This document shows, piece after piece, positions 7,125 through 11,790 of a stretch of 11,790 bases of DNA. Source of the DNA: Candidatus Thorarchaeota archaeon (GTDB lineage: Archaea > Asgardarchaeota > Thorarchaeia > Thorarchaeales > Thorarchaeaceae); the NCBI GenBank assembly GCA_004524445.1, contig SDNP01000053.1:1-11790 (forward strand), given 5' to 3'. Both the position numbers and the translations under genes were made by a program. The stretch's first letter is position 1. Each line of letters starts with the position of its first letter. The notes under the pieces were generated by a model. The model searched no databases, was not told the origin of the DNA, and worked only from the letters and a program-made list of their open reading frames with translations.

Positions 7125-8177
7125 TTACTCACTGGGCGTAAATGAACCTACTACCCTCTGGGCGTATGCCATTGCTGAGGTGCCAACAATCGGCACATAG
7201 CCAACATCTTCAATATACTCCTGGCCCTGAACCAGCACCCAGTCAAGGTATACAATAACATACCAAGGTAGGTTGTCAGGATTGGTTAGATAGAAGAGCA
7301 GCCTCGCAATTGGATAGGCGCCCTCAGTTTCTGAGTTCATCAGGTTTGCACCAGGGTCACTCAACTCTTCCGGCAATGCCTTTAGTGCATTCTCGAGCGT
7401 TGGTGTGACGTATTCATCATTGCCCGGATTATAGAGGTCTACAGCAGTAAGCCCTTCCATGAATGCAAGGCCCACGTAGCCTATAGCCTGTTCGTTATCT
7501 TGAACGCCAGATGCCACGCCTGGATTACCTTCAACTGCATCGATTCCAGCTGGCCATGAGATGGATTCATCATCACCGAGATTCCATTCATACTCTTTTC
7601 CATCTGCACGAGTATTTTCGTCTGCTGTTTCAAGCCATTTGCCAAATGTGGCAGTCGTACCGCTTGCATCTGAACGTACGAAGACACTGATGTCGCCGGT
7701 CGCTTCAACTTCTACACTAAATTCAGTTTCGAAGTTTTCCCATGTTGTGATGTTTGCTTGAAATACGGCAACTGCCATGTCTGCATCCATCTTGAATGAT
7801 GTTCCGTTAACTGCAGGATTGACCACGATACCGAGAGCATCGGCAGATATCGGAATGATGTCAATATCGGGATTTGCTGTTCTGTAGTCTTCCTTAGGAT
7901 ATGAGCTCGAAGCACCAATATGTATGAGGCCTTCAGCAATCTGTGACTGACCGACTCCGGAACCGCCAGTGCTGGGGTTCACCGTGAAGCTCGGGAAGTC
8001 CTCATGGAATTGAGTTGCCCATTCCTGAGAAAGTGGATAGACTGTTGTAGATCCTGCTGTGGTAATAGTATAGGTTTCTCCGCCAGTACCGCCAGGAAGC
8101 AGTACATATACAGCCCCTGCACCGACAATTAAACCGATGACTAGACCAACAAGCAAGTTAGTTGTCTGATTAGCCAT
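7125..8177 (-). CDS. pstS: Phosphate ABC transporter substrate-binding protein, N-terminal membrane anchor
   Basis: Hydrophobic N-terminus without a lipobox Cys; AGSTTVYP, TGGSGVG, RSDASGTT, AIGYVGL and YPIARLLFY motifs; first gene of the pst operon. Confidence 0.95.
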   Translation of the reverse strand: MANQTTNLLVGLVIGLIVGAGAVYVLLPGGTGGETYTITTAGSTTVYPLSQEWATQFHEDFPSFTVNPSTGGSGVGQSQIAEGLIHIGASSSYPKEDYRTANPDIDIIPISADALGIVVNPAVNGTSFKMDADMAVAVFQANITTWENFETEFSVEVEATGDISVFVRSDASGTTATFGKWLETADENTRADGKEYEWNLGDDESISWPAGIDAVEGNPGVASGVQDNEQAIGYVGLAFMEGLTAVDLYNPGNDEYVTPTLENALKALPEELSDPGANLMNSETEGAYPIARLLFYLTNPDNLPWYVIVYLDWVLVQGQEYIEDVGYVPIVGTSAMAYAQRVVGSFTPSE

Positions 8178-8288
8178 TTCTCTTAGTTCTCCAATGTTTC
8201 TTGGTCATGGGCGAAAAACACCATTACTTGAAGGATGGGCATTGATTTCTCATGTTGTGAGCTGATGCGAATGATTCATATGCATGTC

Positions 8289-8459
8289 CTTAAAATTTGG
8301 ACACAAAACCCCAAGCAACATAGAACTGACCCTATGTGCAACCAGAAGGAGCGTATGCCAATCCTCGGTCTGATTGCTATACAAATTTGACACAAAATGC
8401 ATTAGAAAGCTAGCATTGCACGGTGTTGCATTTACAGCATTTACAACATTTGTGTAAAA
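8289..8459. promoter_or_regulatory. Divergent promoter region with repeated TTT(G/T)ACACAAA motif (candidate operator) and pstS TATA-like TTTTAAG
   Basis: AAATTTGGACACAAAA at 8293-8308, AAATTTGACACAAAATG at 8383-8399, inverted CATTTGTGTAAAA at 8447-8459; minus-strand TTTTAAG at 8289-8295. Confidence 0.5.
8428..8454 (+). repeat. 9-bp tandem repeat GCATTTACA x2 plus a degenerate third unit
   Basis: GCATTTACA (8428-8436), GCATTTACA (8437-8445), ACATTTGTG (8446-8454). Confidence 0.7.
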
Positions 8460-8473
8460 AGACTGTGATAAAA

Positions 8474-9484
8474 ATGACCACTACCAGAAAACTCAATCAA
8501 GTGAGAAACTCGTTCTATGTATATCTTCCGCGCCAATGGTGTGACAGATTCAATCTTACAAAGCACTCTGAAGTGAAGATTGAACAAACTCCCGATGGCA
8601 CTCTTAGGGTCATTCCACCCGACTTTGAATCAAAAGATGCCGAAAACCTGACCTTCTTGGTTCACCCGGGAAGCAGAGAGAGTGTAGTCAATTTGCTCAT
8701 TGGAGCCTATATGGTTGGTGTCGACTCATTAACGGTGACGTTTGCTGACGAGTTGGACATGGGGACTCGAGAAGATGTCAGCCGCTGGATTCGACGTCTT
8801 CCAGGATTTGAAATTCTTGAAGAACACAATGAAGGCTTCGTGATCAGCGATACAAGCGAAAAACAGGTTATCACACCCGTTCTGAAGCGACAATTCTCTA
8901 CGACCAAGTATATGTTGACCAGCCTCGTGACTGCCATGAAGGAAGGAGCACCTGACGATACTTCTAGAATCCTCGACCGTGATGAAGATGTGGATCGCCA
9001 TAGGTACTTCGTGGAGAGGCTTTGTCACCTATCCCTGCAGGATCCCTCCTACGCAAGAAAGATAGCGATGTCCCCGCCAGATGCGTTGCATTTTAGCCTT
9101 GCCGCCAAATACGTTGAGAGAATTGCAGATCACATCTGTGGTGCCACAACCGAGGTCATCAATTTGAAGGATGTCGGAGTCCCCTTCACACACTTGAGCG
9201 AGGAACTAGCCAAAGTCTACGATGACACTATGAGCGTATTCTTTGCTGTGGATAGTGGTAGGCGAGAGAAACGAGATCTGATTGAGGAATCGCAAGAAGC
9301 ATTCGATTCACTCAAACGCGCTCAGGCGCTGGCCTCTGAGCTATCTACACTTGAAACAAGTAGAGAGGGCTATTCGAGCCATCAAGTGTTGCTTGCCATG
9401 CATCTTGAGCGAGTTGCATCATATTGCGCAGACATTGGAGAGGTTGCAATCAATCGAACCATTGAAGCAAGATTGCAGGACTAG
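8474..9484 (+). CDS. Archaeal phosphate uptake regulator: AbrB/SpoVT-like DNA-binding domain fused to PhoU domains
   Basis: RKLNQVRNSFYVYLPRQW...NL.....V.I....DGTL.VIP (AbrB-like), then LIGAYMVG, GFEILEE, DEDVDR, KYVERIADH, HLERVASYCADIGE. ATG 8474 is preferred over GTG 8423. Confidence 0.9.
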   Translation: MTTTRKLNQVRNSFYVYLPRQWCDRFNLTKHSEVKIEQTPDGTLRVIPPDFESKDAENLTFLVHPGSRESVVNLLIGAYMVGVDSLTVTFADELDMGTREDVSRWIRRLPGFEILEEHNEGFVISDTSEKQVITPVLKRQFSTTKYMLTSLVTAMKEGAPDDTSRILDRDEDVDRHRYFVERLCHLSLQDPSYARKIAMSPPDALHFSLAAKYVERIADHICGATTEVINLKDVGVPFTHLSEELAKVYDDTMSVFFAVDSGRREKRDLIEESQEAFDSLKRAQALASELSTLETSREGYSSHQVLLAMHLERVASYCADIGEVAINRTIEARLQD

Positions 9485-9547
9485 CAAGAACTTTCTGGAA
9501 CAGATTTATGTTTGGCAGGTAGATATCAAAGCGTAGAGGTATTGTCC

Positions 9548-10375
9548 TTGACGCAATTCGAACGCCAAACACTCAATGATTTGAACGGAAAAGAGTGGGT
9601 AAAATCCACGAAGTCTTGGTTCATCATAAACGCTCGTCCCCGCTCCAAGAAGCAGTTGCAACATCCTGCCAAATATCCTGAGGAGCTAGTTCAGCGGTTT
9701 GTCAGGTTTTTCACGAACAAGGGTGACTGGGTATTGGATCCATTTGCGGGTATTGGCAGTACGCTGATTGCATCCAAGGAAGTATATCGGAACTCGGTCG
9801 GCATTGAACTGAACCCTGATTATGTAGAAACAGCCATGAGATATCTTGAGAAATTTGGCAACGACATGCAATCAAGAATCATCCCTGGAGATGCTAGACA
9901 AGCGCGAGAGCTACTGCATCAATCCTACGAGGGACACATTCCGATTTTTGATTATCTGATTACGTCACCTCCGTACTGGGATATGCTCCGAAAATCACGT
10001 GGCGGGAATGATAGTGTGCACAAAGAGAGAGGTGACAAGGGGCTCCCTCAGTTCTACAGCAACTCATCTCTCGATCTGGGTAACATCACTGAATATGACA
10101 AGTATTTAGACAAATTGACCGGCATATTGACCTCTCTGAAGAGTCTTCTCAGACCTCAGGCGTACCTTACAATGGTGGTTCAGAATATTAGAGACCCTGA
10201 TGGCATCATGCGACCTCTTGCATGGGATTTGGCCGCGAAACTCTCTCGGACTTATGCACTACGACAAGAGATGATCTGGTGCCAGGATAACAAAAGGCTA
10301 GGCTGTTGGGGTTATCCAACAACCTACGTTTCTAATGTCCACCATCATTACTGTCTTATCCTCCAAAATGTGTAG
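9548..10375 (+). CDS. Solitary SAM-dependent amino (N4-C/N6-A type) DNA methyltransferase-family protein, motif I before motif IV
   Basis: HPAKYP, VLDPFAGIGST (motif I), GIEL, GDA, FDYLITSPPYW (motif IV), EMIW. TTG 9548 has GAGGT 7 nt upstream; the ORF-track start at 9512 is the alternative. Confidence 0.85.
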   Translation: MTQFERQTLNDLNGKEWVKSTKSWFIINARPRSKKQLQHPAKYPEELVQRFVRFFTNKGDWVLDPFAGIGSTLIASKEVYRNSVGIELNPDYVETAMRYLEKFGNDMQSRIIPGDARQARELLHQSYEGHIPIFDYLITSPPYWDMLRKSRGGNDSVHKERGDKGLPQFYSNSSLDLGNITEYDKYLDKLTGILTSLKSLLRPQAYLTMVVQNIRDPDGIMRPLAWDLAAKLSRTYALRQEMIWCQDNKRLGCWGYPTTYVSNVHHHYCLILQNV

Positions 10376-10443
10376 TAATCATAATGGCTTGTGCTGTATG
10401 CCGTGGCATATTCTTCTTAAGCGCGACCAATTTCCTCACTATC

Positions 10444-11316
10444 ATGCCATTTGAGATTCGAGACATCAAAAGCAGCGACGAAGAAGCAGTTCGAAAGGTA
10501 TCTGAGAGCAACTGGGACAGGGACTATGTTCCGGACCGATTCTTGTCCTATCAAGACAATCCCTTATGGCACATGTTCGGGATGTTTGAAGATGGAGAGT
10601 TATTGGGTTTTGCAGCCATTCAAGAGGTGGATGGTGCAGATTTCGGTTGGGCAAAGGCACTTCGTGTTCGGAGTGATAGACACCGCGAAGGTATTGGACT
10701 GAGGCTGACCGAGCATTGCGTAAAGCTTGCAAAGGAACAGGGTCTCAAGAGTCTCAGATATGCGACTAGTTCCCGAAATGAGGCTTCAATAGGTGTCGCA
10801 GAGCAGGCAGGTTTTGATTTGATAGAAGAAGCAGGCTACTTCAGACTAGAGGACCCATATCCCCAGCAACCGAACCCAAGCCCAAGTATCACGCCAATCA
10901 TGGCAGCTCCGGAGCGTGTCGCTGAAGCCCTGCAACAAAATGCTGACCTAGTACCCACGAACAATATGCCTGTGGCTTGGGAATTTGAGAGGAAGAATAT
11001 TGATGGCATAAAACGAATCGGGAAAGAAGCAAACTTCAATATCATCACTAACGAGAATGGTCTTCCAATCTCTTTGTACTATTTTTCAGATTCTACAAGA
11101 AACAATCAGACAACAAGAGCTCATACCCTCTACTGTACTGACAGGTCCATTTTTGTGGATGTCATGGCACGATTAGTTGATGATTTGAAGTCATGCGAAG
11201 TAGATCGTGCTGCATTCTTTCTGGGACCAAGAGCAACTGAATGGTCGGATTCATTGCTTGCTGTTCCGGAGAAATATCAAGGCAGGCGGTTCCTACTATA
11301 CGAGAGGAGTTTCTGA
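10444..11316 (+). CDS. GNAT family N-acetyltransferase (N-terminal GNAT domain plus C-terminal extension)
   Basis: FEIRDIKSSD, LRVRSDRHREGIG (acetyl-CoA motif A), N-x-x-S-x6-GF (NEASIGVAEQAGF). ATG 10444 is about 25 nt downstream of TATA-like CTTAAG, consistent with a leaderless mRNA. Confidence 0.88.
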   Translation: MPFEIRDIKSSDEEAVRKVSESNWDRDYVPDRFLSYQDNPLWHMFGMFEDGELLGFAAIQEVDGADFGWAKALRVRSDRHREGIGLRLTEHCVKLAKEQGLKSLRYATSSRNEASIGVAEQAGFDLIEEAGYFRLEDPYPQQPNPSPSITPIMAAPERVAEALQQNADLVPTNNMPVAWEFERKNIDGIKRIGKEANFNIITNENGLPISLYYFSDSTRNNQTTRAHTLYCTDRSIFVDVMARLVDDLKSCEVDRAAFFLGPRATEWSDSLLAVPEKYQGRRFLLYERSF

Positions 11317-11319
11317 AGG

Positions 11320-11790
11320 CTATTCCATCGGTTCGTCTTCATACTCGTACAATACACTCCAATTAGGAGCATATGCTATGGGTTCTAGGTCTCTCTCTTC
11401 GAGTTCAAGACCCTCCGCCTCTGCAATCGCTTTTCTGAGAGTGAATGATTTTGCGCCATCCCACCGAAGGTAGGCATTCAAATCGAAAGAGAAGTTCCCT
11501 TGAAATTTGCCACACTTACCGCCACAGAAGACCTGATCTCCTCGAATCTCCAGTATTCCACCACAGTATCTGCAGATTGCCTCATGGCCATGGGCATGCA
11601 CTCGACCCTTGATGACCTGCACGAAAAGGACAGTCCCGTCAAGTTCAACAACGCCCCACTTCTCACCATTCTTGATGGTGGGTCTCCAGATGTGCCCCTT
11701 GTTTTCCTCCTTCTTTTCTCTACGTCTGGAATGATTGCATCTGCTAGAGCGGGGTTCGGACTGCTTTGAATCACTATCAAAATCCGTGAG
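11320..11790 (-). CDS. Hypothetical Cys/His-rich (probable zinc-binding) protein; 5' end likely outside the window
   Basis: The frame of the 11320..11622 ORF stays open to 11790 (LTDFDSDSKQSEPR...GHIWRPTIKNGEKWGVVELDGTVLFVQVIKGRVHAHGHEAICRYCGG...FCGGKCG). It contains HxHxH, CxxC and CxxxC. Confidence 0.7.
   Translation of the reverse strand, partial: LTDFDSDSKQSEPRSSRCNHSRRREKKEENKGHIWRPTIKNGEKWGVVELDGTVLFVQVIKGRVHAHGHEAICRYCGGILEIRGDQVFCGGKCGKFQGNFSFDLNAYLRWDGAKSFTLRKAIAEAEGLELEERDLEPIAYAPNWSVLYEYEDEPME

Noticed and set aside
8293-8459. Repeats as a CRISPR remnant or IS ends
   Set aside because: Too short and irregularly spaced; no cas or transposase genes and no target-site duplication seen.
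8423-8473. N-terminal extension MLHLQHLQHLCKKTVIK on the regulator
   Set aside because: It is simply the translation of the 9-bp DNA repeat; the AbrB-like domain begins at MTTTRKL (8474).
9548-10375. CTAG as the methyltransferase target, by analogy to archaeal CTAG methylases
   Set aside because: Nothing in the sequence identifies specificity; CTAG occurs throughout the window with no obvious pattern.
10384-10443. MACAVC... N-terminus suggesting a CxxC on the GNAT
   Set aside because: The GNAT fold starts at MPFEIR (10444), and a TATA-like element lies inside the supposed extension.
147-11780. Short alternative-frame and antisense ORFs (e.g. 147..407, 2001..2402, 2056..2241, 6937..7119, 8729..9028, 11478..11780, 11500..11769)
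   Set aside because: They overlap well-supported genes or promoter regions and show no recognisable motifs; treated as shadow ORFs.

Overview
Archaeal chromosomal segment, very likely from an Asgard archaeon and possibly Thorarchaeia. This taxonomy is inferred from stand-alone Rab-like small GTPases, TATA-like elements, GGTGA/GGAG ribosome-binding sites and an archaeal AbrB-PhoU regulator. Left to right: 3' end of a probable ATP-grasp gene; a zinc-ribbon/acidic-linker/TPR-like protein; a degenerate xylose-isomerase-like TIM barrel (-); two tandem Rab-like GTPase paralogs (+); a complete phosphate ABC operon pstS-C-A-B-phoU (-); a divergently transcribed AbrB-PhoU regulator; a solitary permuted SPPY methyltransferase; a GNAT acetyltransferase; and a truncated Cys/His-rich unknown gene (-). 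No rRNA, tRNA, CRISPR or mobile element was seen. The most interesting signals are: (i) an asymmetric GTPase pair, one canonical and apparently starting at a CTG codon, the other with Q61E/F28I/Y32I-type substitutions, placed tail-to-tail with the phosphate operon and head-to-head with a TIM barrel lacking metal ligands; (ii) a three-copy TTT(G/T)ACACAAA motif between pstS and its putative regulator (candidate archaeal Pho box); (iii) pstB and phoU in frame across a single TAG.
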